Positions 53,713 through 63,985 of a stretch of DNA of 64,000 nt are shown in pieces; the first letter of the stretch is position 1, and the number at the start of each line of letters is the position of its first letter. The notes under the pieces were generated by a model, which did not search any database, had not been told where the DNA came from, and saw only the letters and a program-made list of their open reading frames with translations. Where the stretch lies: contig JAFGEW010000099.1 in assembly GCA_016931415.1 (NCBI GenBank), positions 18,522 to 82,521 on the forward strand, written 5' to 3'. This DNA comes from Verrucomicrobiota bacterium (GTDB lineage: Bacteria > Auribacterota > JABMQX01 > JAFGEW01). Made by a program: the position numbers and the translations under genes.

Positions 53713-54576
53713 ATGACCAGGTTCTTCGCCAGATTCCACAACCTCGACAGGCGCTGGCTCTACCTCGCCATGGTCGTTATTCTCTCGGTCCCGGTCATCA
53801 TTCAGATCCCACTGCCGCCCGGTGCAACGTCGCCGACGACCAAGGGCCTTTACGATCTCATTGAGTCGTGCCCCGAGGACAAGGTGATCCTGATCGATTC
53901 GAGCTGGGACGCCGGCTCGGCGGCCGAGAACCGCGCCCAGCTCGAATGCGTCATCCGCCACATCTGCCGCGAGAAGATCAAGTTCGTCGTCACCTCGGCC
54001 GGCATCACGGTCTTCGGGCCCGAGTTCGCCAACCAGATCATCGAGCCCATCGCGGCGGAAACCGGCTACGTCTACGGCGCCGACTGGGTCAGCCTCGGCT
54101 ACAAGGTCGCGCCGCAGGGCTCGATCAGCCTGCTCATCGACGGCATCTGCAAGGACCTGCACAGCGTCTACCCGGCCGACCACCGGGGCACGCCCGTGAG
54201 CGAGTTACCCCTTATGGACCGGGTGAGGACACACGAGGACTTCCACCTCGTCTACTGCGTTACCTATCAGCCCGACAATGCGTGGATCAGCTTCGTCAAG
54301 GGCCAGTTCGATGTCCCGGTCGCTTACGGTTGCATGACGATCTCGGCGCCCGGCTACTACCCGTTCATCGACAGCAGGCAACTCGCGGGCATGCTGATCG
54401 GCAACCGCGGCGCGGCCGAATACGAGGAACTCAACCACAAGCCCGGCCTCGGGCGGATCCTTATCATGGCCACCTCCTTCGGCAACCTCATGATCATCCT
54501 CGCCGCCGTCGTCGGCAACATGGGCTTCTACGCCGCGCGCGCGCTCGAGCGCAATGCACGCCGGAGGGCCGGCTAG
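53713..54576 (+). CDS. hypothetical bitopic membrane protein (module A', paralog of 52255..53037)
   Basis: N-terminal TM, Cys-containing soluble domain (..KVILIDSSWDAGSA..REKIKFVVTSAGI..), then a C-terminal TM. It aligns with module A. Confidence 0.5.
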   Translation: MTRFFARFHNLDRRWLYLAMVVILSVPVIIQIPLPPGATSPTTKGLYDLIESCPEDKVILIDSSWDAGSAAENRAQLECVIRHICREKIKFVVTSAGITVFGPEFANQIIEPIAAETGYVYGADWVSLGYKVAPQGSISLLIDGICKDLHSVYPADHRGTPVSELPLMDRVRTHEDFHLVYCVTYQPDNAWISFVKGQFDVPVAYGCMTISAPGYYPFIDSRQLAGMLIGNRGAAEYEELNHKPGLGRILIMATSFGNLMIILAAVVGNMGFYAARALERNARRRAG

Positions 54577-55257
54577 ATGAACGAACCTCTGACCATCTGG
54601 GTGGGCGCGATCGTCACGCTGGCTGTCTTCAGCTACCTGGTCAAGGAGAACGCGTTCTATCGCTTCTTTCTGCACGCGGCGCTCGGCACCACGGTCGGCA
54701 TGGGCATCGTCATGACGATCAAGCAGGTGCTGATCCCCAACTGGTATCAGCCGATCGCGAACGCAGTCACCGGTGATGGGCCGATGACCGGCCTGCTCTG
54801 GGTGCTGGCGCTTGTGCCCGGCTCGCTCTGGTACTTCCAGATGTCGAAGAAGCACTTCTGGGTCAGCACGCTCGTGAGCGGCCTGTTCATCGGCGTTGCC
54901 GCGGGCCTGGCCTTCAAGACGTGGATGCTGCTCATCATGCCGCAGATCGGCGCCTCGCTCAAACCGCTCAATCCGTTCGACGGCGGCTTCACGGGCGAGA
55001 AGCTCGCGGAGGTCGTGAGCAATTTCGTCTTCATCGCCTCGCTGCTGACCGCGTTGCTCTACTTTTTCTTCTCCTTCAGCACCGAGAGCAAGCTCATGGG
55101 CAAGCCGATGCGTTTCGGCCGCCTTATGATCATGGTCTGCCTCGGCGGCATGTTCGGAAGCACCGTCATGACCCGCCTCTCCTATCTCCTCGAGCGCCTC
55201 CGCTTCCTTTACCAGGACTGGATCGGCCGCCAGATCCTATCGCTCTTCGGCGGCTGA
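54577..55257 (+). CDS. hypothetical polytopic membrane protein (module B', ~6 TM)
   Basis: Its ATG overlaps the upstream stop (TAGATG). 226 aa, hydrophobic. Confidence 0.5.
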   Translation: MNEPLTIWVGAIVTLAVFSYLVKENAFYRFFLHAALGTTVGMGIVMTIKQVLIPNWYQPIANAVTGDGPMTGLLWVLALVPGSLWYFQMSKKHFWVSTLVSGLFIGVAAGLAFKTWMLLIMPQIGASLKPLNPFDGGFTGEKLAEVVSNFVFIASLLTALLYFFFSFSTESKLMGKPMRFGRLMIMVCLGGMFGSTVMTRLSYLLERLRFLYQDWIGRQILSLFGG

Positions 55258-55369
55258 CGCCGCACCCGTTCCAGCCCTGCCGGGCGCCGCGAGTCGCACG
55301 CCACACGCGATATGCGTTATACTGCATACAGAACGCGGAGACGTGCCGCACGCACAAGGGAGTCGCACG

Positions 55370-56443
55370 ATGAAGACGAAGATGAAGGTCAAGTCAGCCC
55401 ACATGCTCAGGCTGCCGCCCGGATCGTTGACCGCGCCGCCGGGCGCCTACATGCCAAAGACGATCGAGGTGTTCCGCTATACGGCCGATTCCGTCGAAGA
55501 GAAAAGCCTCGCGCGAGTGGCCGACCTTGCTGCCTGCAAGGACAAGCCAGGCGTGCTCTGGGTCAACGTCGACGGTGTCGGCGACGTCGAGATCGTGCGC
55601 GAGATCGGCAACCTGTTCGGTCTCCATCCGCTCGCGCTCGAAGACGTGCTTCACGTGCGCCAACGCCCGAAGGTGGACGACTACGGCGACCACCTCTATG
55701 TCGTCGTGCGCATGCTGCACTTCACCGATGAGGTCGAATCGGAACAGGTCAGCATGTTCCTGACCCGCAGCGCCGTCATCACCTTCCAGGAGCATCCGGG
55801 CGACTCCTTCGACACCGTGCGCCAGCGGCTGCGCAAAGGCACCGGCCTGGTCCAGCGCCACGGCGCCGACTACCTCATGTACGCGCTCATGGACGCAATC
55901 ATCGACGACTACTACCCGTTCCTCGAAGGCATCGGCGAGCAGGTCGAGGCGCTCGAAGACCAGGTCGTCGCGCGCCCCTCGCGCACCACGCTCGGCCGCG
56001 TGCACGCAGTCAAACGCAATCTGCTCGACGTGCGGCGCGCGGTCTGGCCGCTGCGCGATGCCGTGAACAGCCTGCTCCGCGAGGACAACGCGCTCATCGC
56101 CAAGGCGACGCGCCTCTACCTGCGCGACTGCTACGACCACACCGTGCAAGTGCTCGATATCGTTGAGACCTACCGCGAATCCGCCGGCAACCTCATGGAC
56201 ATCTACCTCTCGAGCGCGAGTAACCGGATGAACGAGGTGATGAAAGTGCTCACCATCATCGCCACGATCTTTATCCCGCTGACGTTCCTCGCGGGCGTCT
56301 ACGGCATGAACTTCAGGTACATGCCGGAACTCGGGCTCTCCTGGACCTATCCAGCCCTCTGGGCGGTCATGGTGGCCATCGCCGTCACCATGCTCGTCCT
56401 GTTCTGGCGCAAAGGCTGGATCGGCCGGGGACGAGGCGAGTAA
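55370..56443 (+). CDS. corA: magnesium/cobalt transporter CorA
   Basis: The GMN motif is AGVYGMNFRYMPEL. Two C-terminal TM helices follow, and a KGWIG tail is present. Start assigned to the MKTKM ATG. Confidence 0.85.
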   Translation: MKTKMKVKSAHMLRLPPGSLTAPPGAYMPKTIEVFRYTADSVEEKSLARVADLAACKDKPGVLWVNVDGVGDVEIVREIGNLFGLHPLALEDVLHVRQRPKVDDYGDHLYVVVRMLHFTDEVESEQVSMFLTRSAVITFQEHPGDSFDTVRQRLRKGTGLVQRHGADYLMYALMDAIIDDYYPFLEGIGEQVEALEDQVVARPSRTTLGRVHAVKRNLLDVRRAVWPLRDAVNSLLREDNALIAKATRLYLRDCYDHTVQVLDIVETYRESAGNLMDIYLSSASNRMNEVMKVLTIIATIFIPLTFLAGVYGMNFRYMPELGLSWTYPALWAVMVAIAVTMLVLFWRKGWIGRGRGE

Positions 56444-56466
56444 GACGGAGCGCAGGACGAACTGCA

Positions 56467-58353
56467 GTGCGGTTCGGCCGGGCGCTCCAGGAGGTCCCGT
56501 TGGCCTGTGTGCAGACAACTGGCCGCCGATTCGTCGGGCTATGGTATGCCGTCCGGCTCGTGGCCGGGGTGGGATGGCGTTCCCGTCTCACGCGGGCCGT
56601 CATTTTGCTGGGCATCCCCCTCGTGCTGCTGGTGTATGCCGCCGCCTGGGGCGCGGAGTCTGACCGTTACCGCGTATCCTTCGAGGGGATCCCCGACAAG
56701 TCGTTGCGTCGGGCGTTGGAGGCCGCCTCCGATTGTGTTCAACTCCGCAAACGCGCGCCCGTCGCGCCCCGCGCACTGCGCCTGCGCGCCGAGCGCGATC
56801 GTGTCGGGCTGCTGCAGGTCATGCAGGCGAACGGCTACTACGACGCGACGATCACCTTCGATCTTGATGTGGACGCGACGCCCGTCCGCCTCGTCTTCCA
56901 CGTCGAGGCGCGATTGCCCTGCCTCCTGGCGGCCGTTGCTATCCACGGCCCGGACGGACAGCCGGTCGGGCCGGGCAGTCTCTCCGATATCGGCCTCGCT
57001 CTGGGCGAGCGCGCCACGGCTGGCGGCGTCATCGCCTCGCAACGCAGACTGCTCGAGTGGTTCGGTCGGCGCGGCTATCCGTTCCCTGAAGTGACCGATC
57101 GGCGCGTCGTCGTTGATCGCGCCGCGCACACGATGGCCGTAACGTTCGTCGTCGACCCCGGCCCGACGGCCACTTTCGGCACGTTGACGATCACGGGCCT
57201 TGTCCACGTCGACGAGCGCGTCGTGCGCATGGAACTCCCCTGGCGCACGGGCGACGCGTTCAACGGGGACCTGCTTGGCCAGTTCCGGGCGCGGCTGGTC
57301 GCTACCGGCCAGTTCTCCCTCATCCAGGTTTCCACGAGCGAAGCGGTGGACGAGCGCGGCCAGGTGGGCGTCCAGGTTCGTCTCGCTGAGCGCAAGCCGC
57401 GGACGGCCGCCGTCGGGCTAAGCTACAGGACCGACGAGGGGTTCGGCACTACGCTCTCGTGGCAGCATCGCAACCTGCTGGGTCACGCCGAGCGGTTCAG
57501 CTTCTCGGCTGCATTCTCCGGGATCGTCAGCGCCCTTGATGCCGAGTTCCGCAAGCCGCACTTCCGCGGGCGCAGGAAGACGCTGATTCTCGACGTGCGC
57601 GTGGCCGAAGAGAAACCCGATGCCTACACGAGCCGCAGCGTCGGTGCCTCGGCTCTCGTTAAGCGTCATCTCACGCCCAGCCTCGACGTGGGTGCGGGCC
57701 TCGCCTACAAGTACAGCGAAGTCACACAAGGCGGAGAGAAGAACGTATTCAGCCTGATCTCCGTGCCGGGGACGCTCGACTGGGACACGAGCGATGACTG
57801 GCTCTCGCCGAGCCGGGGTGGGCGGCTTGGCGCGCAGATCACCCCGTTCTACGATGTGCGCTCCCCCGGCTTCGGCTTCGTGAAGGGCCGCCTTCAGTAC
57901 TCGCGCTACGTCCCGCTCTCTCGCGGACCGAACCTCGTGCTCGCCGGACGTGTCGCGCTGGGCTCGATCGTGGGCGCGGAACACGACAGCATCCCGGCCG
58001 ACGAGCGGTTCTATGCCGGGGGCGGGGGCTCGATCCGCGGCTATGCCTACCAGACCGTGTCGCCCCTCGATGGGACAGACCCCATCGGTGGCAAGTCGCT
58101 GTTCGAGCTGTCGCTCGAGTTGCGCATTCAGCTTTCAGACGCGGTTGGCCTCGTGCCCTTCATCGACGGAGGGAACGCGTTCGTCGACTCGGCGCCCGAT
58201 CCCGGCGGCGATTTGCTCTGGGGCGCCGGGATCGGCCTGCGCTACGCGACGCCGATCGGTCCGATCCGTTTCGATGTCGGGTTCCCGCTCGACAGGCGCG
58301 ACGGGATGGACGACAGCTTCCAGATCTACGTGAGCCTTGGGCAATCGTTCTGA
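56467..58353 (+). CDS. tamA: Omp85-family outer-membrane protein (TamA/BamA-like; POTRA domains + beta-barrel)
   Basis: Signal peptide present. A C-terminal 16-strand barrel is indicated by GxxxRGY and aromatic-rich strands. It ends ..YVSLGQSF, with a terminal F. It sits adjacent to tamB. Confidence 0.7.
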   Translation: MRFGRALQEVPLACVQTTGRRFVGLWYAVRLVAGVGWRSRLTRAVILLGIPLVLLVYAAAWGAESDRYRVSFEGIPDKSLRRALEAASDCVQLRKRAPVAPRALRLRAERDRVGLLQVMQANGYYDATITFDLDVDATPVRLVFHVEARLPCLLAAVAIHGPDGQPVGPGSLSDIGLALGERATAGGVIASQRRLLEWFGRRGYPFPEVTDRRVVVDRAAHTMAVTFVVDPGPTATFGTLTITGLVHVDERVVRMELPWRTGDAFNGDLLGQFRARLVATGQFSLIQVSTSEAVDERGQVGVQVRLAERKPRTAAVGLSYRTDEGFGTTLSWQHRNLLGHAERFSFSAAFSGIVSALDAEFRKPHFRGRRKTLILDVRVAEEKPDAYTSRSVGASALVKRHLTPSLDVGAGLAYKYSEVTQGGEKNVFSLISVPGTLDWDTSDDWLSPSRGGRLGAQITPFYDVRSPGFGFVKGRLQYSRYVPLSRGPNLVLAGRVALGSIVGAEHDSIPADERFYAGGGGSIRGYAYQTVSPLDGTDPIGGKSLFELSLELRIQLSDAVGLVPFIDGGNAFVDSAPDPGGDLLWGAGIGLRYATPIGPIRFDVGFPLDRRDGMDDSFQIYVSLGQSF

Positions 58354-58357
58354 AGCC

Positions 58358-61300
58358 ATGATCAAGACGCAACACAGGATTCGGCGGTGGATCAAGAGGG
58401 TGGCGGTCGCCCTCGGCATCGTCGTGTTGCTCGTTGCCGTGCTGTTCCTTGTCGTCCAGACACCCTGGGCCAAGCGGCGCATTGCCTCGGCCGTGGAGCG
58501 CGCCCTGGGTGACCTGACCGGCTCGCAAGTCCGGATCAAGTCGCTCCGTGGGACCGTGCCGTACTCGATCAGGTTGAACGACGTGAGCTTCACGGATGAG
58601 AAGGGAACCTGGCTTCACGTCGCGGACCTCGGTGTTCGGTGGGCGCCGCTCGCGCTTGTTCGCGGGCGCATCCACATCTACGAGGTCACGAGTTCGGCCG
58701 TCACCCTCGAGCGCGTCCCGCCGATGCCCCCGAGACCGCCGCAACCGCCGCAGCCTTGGCGTGAGCAGATCCCCTCGCTTGTCGTTGAGCGTCTCGCGAT
58801 CGACGACCTCACGCTTGGTCCCGCGCTCGTCGGGAAGCGCGAGCACTTCCGAGTCGCGGGTGTCGTGTCGGCCGGGCGTCCGTTCGAATCCGCCTCAACG
58901 ACCTGGCGTGTTGAGCGCACGGACGACCCGAGCGCCCGCGCGGATGTCTCCGCCGCGCTAAGCGGCGAGTCGCCCTCGCTCTCGCTCGACCTTGTCGTCA
59001 ACGAGCCTGACGGTGCCGTGCTCCGCCGTCTTGCCGGGCTGCGCGACGCCGGCGCCGTAACCGTCTCGCTCCACGGTGAGGGACTGCTCACGGCGTGGAA
59101 CGCGACGCTGGACGCAACGGCGGCAGGTCTCGGAGAGGCAATCGCCCAGCTCGAAGTTGAGCTTGGGCCCGGCTCGATCGATCTGAAGCAGTCGAACCCG
59201 CGGGTGCGCGGCAGCGTACGTGCCAACACGCGCTTCAAGGACCAGGCAGTGCACGCGACGTCCACCTTCGCACTCGACGGCGGCCGTGTCGCTCTTTCCT
59301 CCATCGCCGTCGAGGGCGCCGGTAACCGGATCACCGGCGATCTCGCCCTCGACCTGGCGAGCGGCCTTCTCGATGGCGAGTTGGACGGCGCCGCCGTGAG
59401 TCTGGACTGCCTGACATCGATCTGGACCGAGCCGTTGAGCGGCAGCGCCACGTTGCACGCAACCCTGAGCCGCGCAGACAACGTTCAGACGGTCGATCTC
59501 GATGCCCATGTGCGCAGCTTCGACGGCCGGTTCGGACAGTGCAAGGACGCCACGATCCAGGCGCAGTTGACCGGTCCCTTCAACGCACCCCACGGCACGG
59601 CCCGGCTGCGCGCGAGCGGCTATGTACTCGACGACCTCGAGATCGCCACGCTCGAGATCGAGACAGAAGGCGATCGCCATTCGTTGACTGTTACGGCGCG
59701 CTCGACGGGCAACTACCGCGACCCGTTCAGCGTCGACACGACCGCCCTCGTGCGCGTCGGCGGCGTGATCGAGCTGCGCGCGCTGGAAGGCGTCTACGCG
59801 GCAGTCCCCGTACGCCTCGAGCGCCCCGCAACGATCGTGATCGCACCGAACAAGGTCGCCGTAAGCGAGTTGGAGCTTGGTGTCGGCGACGGCCGCGTCG
59901 GCGTTTCGGGCACCCTCATCGGCGAGGAACTCTCCGGGCTGATCGAAGTCTCGCGGCTTCCGCTTCAGCTCCTGCGGCCCGTGGGCATGCCGGACGTCGA
60001 TGGGCTCGCCTCTGGCCGCGTCCAACTCGCCGGCTCAGCGGCCGCAGCGCGCATCGAGGCCGCCGTCGCGGTCGAGGACCTGAGATGGCTCGACCCGGTA
60101 TATGCCGGGCTTCCGCACGCGGTGTTGTCGGCCAACGCGCAGTTCGACGCCGGGCAACTGAACGGCACGCTGTCGCTCGATCAGAGCGGGGGAGACGGCA
60201 CCTTGACGACGACCTTCCGTGTCCCGATGGCGCTCTCGCTCTCGCCCGCTGCGCTCTCGCTGTCGCGCGACGAGCCGCTCGAGGTCACGCTGACCGGTGG
60301 TGTGCCGATCGCCCCGTTCAGCGCGCTTGTCCTGCCCGAAGGGCGTGAAGCGGAAGGCCGTCTCACCGCCACATTCGACCTCGGCGGCACCATCGACTCG
60401 CCCGAACTGAGCGGGCGAGTCGCCCTCGACGCCGGTGTGCATACGGACGCCGCCCCCGCGACGAGCGTTTCCGCTCTTGCTGCGGCCGTTGAGGTCGAGC
60501 TCAAGCAAGGCGTGCTCTCAGTGACGCAGCTTTCCGCCAAGTCGGGCAGCACCGAGATCGCCGGCCATGCCACGGTACACCTTGCCCCTCGACCGTGGAG
60601 TGTGACGCCGAGCGGCCCGTTCGATGGCGCGCTCACCGTGCAGGCCGATCTCGCCGCCCTCGGCGCGCTCATGCTCCCCGAGGGTGAACAGGTCGAAGGC
60701 CGCGTGCTGCTCAGCGTCAGCGGGTCCGGCACGACCGACGCGCCCGTGTTCGATGGCTCCTGCCGCCTCGAAGCCGTCTCGTACAACATGAAGGGCACGG
60801 GCAGCCTTGTGAAGGATCTCGACGCGGGCGCTGTGTTCGCGCTGCGCGACGGCACGCTCACCATCGCCGACTTCTCGGCCACGAGCGCATCGGGCTCGGC
60901 GTCCGGCAACGTCAGGATCGGCGCCAGGCCGTGGCCGTGGCAGCTCGCGCCCCAACGTCTGCTCGAGGGCAAGCTCCTCGCCGACGTGCGCCTCCACGAG
61001 GCGCTGAGCACGCTGCTCTCCGACGACCAGCGGCTGGCCGGCCGCTTCGAGGCCGATCTCGTCGTCACCGGCACGAGCGATCAGCCGGCTGTCAGCGGCT
61101 GGCTGCGTGTGAGGGACGGCGCGTTCGACAACCTGCGTACGGGCACCACGCTGCGCGACATCACCGCCGACGTCAAGGCGAGTGGGTCCGAACTCACGCT
61201 CACGCACCTCGAGGCGAGCGACGGACACGAGGGCACGATCACCGGCAGCGGTCGGCTCGACGTCGACGCCGGCAAGCAGTTCCCGTTTGAGCTCGCTGTG

Positions 61301-62248
61301 GTGCTCACCGACGCCGCGGTTGTCAACGCCGATTACATCACCGGCTCCGTCGGCGGCAACGTGACGCTCTCCGGGTCCGTGGAACGGATGAGGCTTGCAG
61401 GCGAGGTCACGACCGGTTCGGTCGACGTGCAGTTGCCCGAGCGCGTCGTGCCGGCGCTCGCGGAACTGAACGTCATCGAGATCAACGCGCCTGGCGGTGC
61501 CGCACCGCCGCAGCCGTTGCGCCCGCCGACGCAGCCCATCGGTCTGGATCTCGACGTGCGGCTGCCGAAGCGCGTATTCGTCCGCGGCCACGGCCTGGAT
61601 TCGGAATGGGAAGGCAGAATCAGCATCACCGGTGACTCTGAGAATCCCATCATCACAGGGAGGCTGATGCTCACGCGTGGTCGCTTCGATCTCATTGACC
61701 GGAGTTTTGTACTGACCGAAGGCTCGATCTTCTTCAGCGGCGAGTCGCCGCCCGTGCCCGTGCTTACCATCAGGGCCGAGACTGCTGCGGGCGGCATGAC
61801 GGCCGTTATCATGCTCTCCGGCCCGGTGACAGCTCCGACGCTCACGCTCAGCTCGGTTCCTGCGCTGCCCTCCGACGAGGTGCTGGCTCGCGTATTCTTC
61901 GGCAACAGCGTGACCAGCCTCACGCCGTACCAGGCGCTGCGCCTCGCCCAGATTGCCGATGCACTCGCCCGCGGCGGCGACGGCTTCTCCCTTCTCGGTC
62001 GCGCCCGCGCGATCATGAAGGTGGACCGCCTCGAACTGACCGAGGGCGACGCATCGGGCAACGGCGCGTCCATCAGCGCGGGCAAGTACCTCAGCGACGA
62101 TCTCTACATCGAAGTGAAGAAGGGCGTCTCGGACAGCGCAACGTCTGTTTCCATCGAAAAACAGGTCAACCGGCATCTCTCCGTCGAAAGCGACATCGGC
62201 ACCAACCGCGCACCCGGCATCGGCCTCAAACTGCGTTGGGACTACTGA
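58358..62248 (+). CDS. tamB: translocation and assembly module protein TamB (N-terminal anchor, long beta-rich repeat region, C-terminal DUF490)
   Basis: 1297 aa. An N-terminal TM anchor is present. The DUF490-like C-terminus reads ..GRFDLIDRSFVLTEGSIFFSG..LTLSSVPALPSDEVLARVFFG..LKLRWDY. Confidence 0.7.
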   Translation: MIKTQHRIRRWIKRVAVALGIVVLLVAVLFLVVQTPWAKRRIASAVERALGDLTGSQVRIKSLRGTVPYSIRLNDVSFTDEKGTWLHVADLGVRWAPLALVRGRIHIYEVTSSAVTLERVPPMPPRPPQPPQPWREQIPSLVVERLAIDDLTLGPALVGKREHFRVAGVVSAGRPFESASTTWRVERTDDPSARADVSAALSGESPSLSLDLVVNEPDGAVLRRLAGLRDAGAVTVSLHGEGLLTAWNATLDATAAGLGEAIAQLEVELGPGSIDLKQSNPRVRGSVRANTRFKDQAVHATSTFALDGGRVALSSIAVEGAGNRITGDLALDLASGLLDGELDGAAVSLDCLTSIWTEPLSGSATLHATLSRADNVQTVDLDAHVRSFDGRFGQCKDATIQAQLTGPFNAPHGTARLRASGYVLDDLEIATLEIETEGDRHSLTVTARSTGNYRDPFSVDTTALVRVGGVIELRALEGVYAAVPVRLERPATIVIAPNKVAVSELELGVGDGRVGVSGTLIGEELSGLIEVSRLPLQLLRPVGMPDVDGLASGRVQLAGSAAAARIEAAVAVEDLRWLDPVYAGLPHAVLSANAQFDAGQLNGTLSLDQSGGDGTLTTTFRVPMALSLSPAALSLSRDEPLEVTLTGGVPIAPFSALVLPEGREAEGRLTATFDLGGTIDSPELSGRVALDAGVHTDAAPATSVSALAAAVEVELKQGVLSVTQLSAKSGSTEIAGHATVHLAPRPWSVTPSGPFDGALTVQADLAALGALMLPEGEQVEGRVLLSVSGSGTTDAPVFDGSCRLEAVSYNMKGTGSLVKDLDAGAVFALRDGTLTIADFSATSASGSASGNVRIGARPWPWQLAPQRLLEGKLLADVRLHEALSTLLSDDQRLAGRFEADLVVTGTSDQPAVSGWLRVRDGAFDNLRTGTTLRDITADVKASGSELTLTHLEASDGHEGTITGSGRLDVDAGKQFPFELAVVLTDAAVVNADYITGSVGGNVTLSGSVERMRLAGEVTTGSVDVQLPERVVPALAELNVIEINAPGGAAPPQPLRPPTQPIGLDLDVRLPKRVFVRGHGLDSEWEGRISITGDSENPIITGRLMLTRGRFDLIDRSFVLTEGSIFFSGESPPVPVLTIRAETAAGGMTAVIMLSGPVTAPTLTLSSVPALPSDEVLARVFFGNSVTSLTPYQALRLAQIADALARGGDGFSLLGRARAIMKVDRLELTEGDASGNGASISAGKYLSDDLYIEVKKGVSDSATSVSIEKQVNRHLSVESDIGTNRAPGIGLKLRWDY

Positions 62249-62343
62249 GGCCGGACCCGAGCCGTGACGGTTTTCCGCCTGTGAGACCAAGTGCCTGCCG
62301 AGAGGACGAGGACGACGATCGGAGCATGTCAGGAGGGGAAGAA

Positions 62344-62421
62344 ATGGCGGGAGCGACGGGACTCGAACCCGCAACACCCAGATCGACAGTCTGGTACTCT
62401 AACCAAGTTGAGCTACGCCCC
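62344..62421 (-). tRNA. tRNA-Asp (anticodon GTC)
   Basis: The reverse complement gives GGGGGCGTAGCTCAACTTGGTTAGAGTACCAGACTGTCGATCTGGGTGTTGCGGGTTCGAGTCCCGTCGCTCCCGCCA. It folds as a cloverleaf with anticodon loop CTGTCGA and T-loop GGTTCGAGTCC. CCA is encoded. Confidence 0.85.
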
Positions 62422-62605
62422 CGCTGTGGGCGCAACGGCCAGCCGGGCAAGCCCAACTGACCATTGGAGCGCGTTATATACCACCGGAGCACCCGCCGTG
62501 CAAGCACTTTCTGGGCCCCGGCTACCCCAAAGACAGCCTCCGGCCCGGACACCCCAGGCCCCGGCAGGCACCCCCGGTCCGGTCGGGACCGTCCAGGACC
62601 CCGGC

Positions 62606-63985
62606 CTAGAACTCCTCCTCGTTCGGGATGTCGTCCGGACCCTCGTCCTCGTCGGAATCGTCGTCGGGGATTCTGAAGTCGGCCGCCAGGTCGTACTGGT
62701 TTGAGGCGTTCTGTGCCCGCTCGGCCAGCTTCGGGTCCAGATCGACAGCCTTGCGAAGGTCTCGGATCGCTTCCGTGTCTTCGCCCATCTCGGCTCGCAA
62801 CGTGCCGCGCTTGAAGTAGGCCCAGGCATAGTTAGCGTTGCATTCGATCGCCTTGTCCAGATCGGCAATGGCTCCCTCGCACTCGCCCTCCTGCTCGAGG
62901 AAGAGGGCTCGGTACGCATAGGCCAAGGCACTTCGGGGACTCAGCTCGATGGCCCTATTGAGGTCCTCCAGCGCCTTCTCCGGCTTGCCATGCGTGGCGT
63001 AGTAGTTCCCACGAACGACGCACGAATCGGAAGATGCCGGATTGAGCTCGATCGCCTTGTTCAGGTCGCGGATGGCCCTGGCCCGTCTGAGCACCGAATC
63101 GCTTCCCTGCAGAAGAGCGCACCCGCGCCAGTGGTGGGCTCTGAAGCATTCGGGATCTATCTCGATGGCTCTCGAGAAGTACTCTACGGCTTCCTTGTCT
63201 TCGCCCAGTTGCCCAAACGTGCAACCGACGATCACCAGCATCGTGGCGTTGTCAGGCGACAGCTCCAACCCTTTTGCGCAATCGGACAGCGCCTTCTCGC
63301 GTTGGCCGAGCGAGGCCAACGCATAGGCGCGGTCCGCGTACGCCGCGCCGTTGTCCGGGTCAAGCTGGATCACGGCTGTGTGTTCCTCGACTGCCTTCTC
63401 GTACTCGCGCGCTCGCACAAGGTACTCCGCCCGACGCGCGCGGATGTACAGGTCTTCAGGCCCGATCTCGAGCGCCCTCTTCAAATCGCGTTCCGCCTCG
63501 GACGTCTTGCCGAGTGAGTGGAGGAGTTGAGCGCGGTTGATGTGCGCGGACGCATACTCTGGATTCATCTCGATCGCGCGTCCGTAGTCGTCAACTGCCT
63601 GCTCGACGTCGCCGGCAAGCCACCGGGCGCCGGCGATGAGGTTCCATGCCTCGGCGCACTCAGGGTTCAGCTCGAGTGCCTTCTCGCCGTCCGCCACGGC
63701 AGCATCGAACTGTCTTAGGTCCATCTCGGCGGCGCCTCGCACGCGGTATGTCTCCGCACTCGCCGCATCCAGCTCGACCGCCTTGGCCGCGTACTGCAGT
63801 GTCCTCGCGTGATGCCACAGCTCAAACTCCGCCTCGGCGCGGCCGAGGTACGCGGCGGCGCGCAACCCGTCGACGTCGAGCACGCGGATGCGCCGATGCA
63901 GCTTGAGCGCGTTCGCCTCGTCCGCCACGACGAAGAACCCGTCGGCCTTCTTGTAGGCCGCCTCGAAATCGAACGGCTCCGACAC
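62606..63985 (-). CDS. tetratricopeptide-repeat (TPR) protein with acidic C-terminal tail
   Basis: 459 aa. At least 10 TPR units, each about 34 aa, with the A..Y..G.A....G..E.A...KA.EL.P pattern. The C-terminus reads DDDSDEDEGPDDIPNEEEF. Confidence 0.7.
   Translation of the reverse strand: MSEPFDFEAAYKKADGFFVVADEANALKLHRRIRVLDVDGLRAAAYLGRAEAEFELWHHARTLQYAAKAVELDAASAETYRVRGAAEMDLRQFDAAVADGEKALELNPECAEAWNLIAGARWLAGDVEQAVDDYGRAIEMNPEYASAHINRAQLLHSLGKTSEAERDLKRALEIGPEDLYIRARRAEYLVRAREYEKAVEEHTAVIQLDPDNGAAYADRAYALASLGQREKALSDCAKGLELSPDNATMLVIVGCTFGQLGEDKEAVEYFSRAIEIDPECFRAHHWRGCALLQGSDSVLRRARAIRDLNKAIELNPASSDSCVVRGNYYATHGKPEKALEDLNRAIELSPRSALAYAYRALFLEQEGECEGAIADLDKAIECNANYAWAYFKRGTLRAEMGEDTEAIRDLRKAVDLDPKLAERAQNASNQYDLAADFRIPDDDSDEDEGPDDIPNEEEF

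Noticed and set aside
60518-62377. 619-aa minus-strand ORF antisense to tamB and running through the tRNA-Asp gene
   Set aside because: It crosses a tRNA gene and opposes a gene with a DUF490-like C-terminus. The composition is artefactual.
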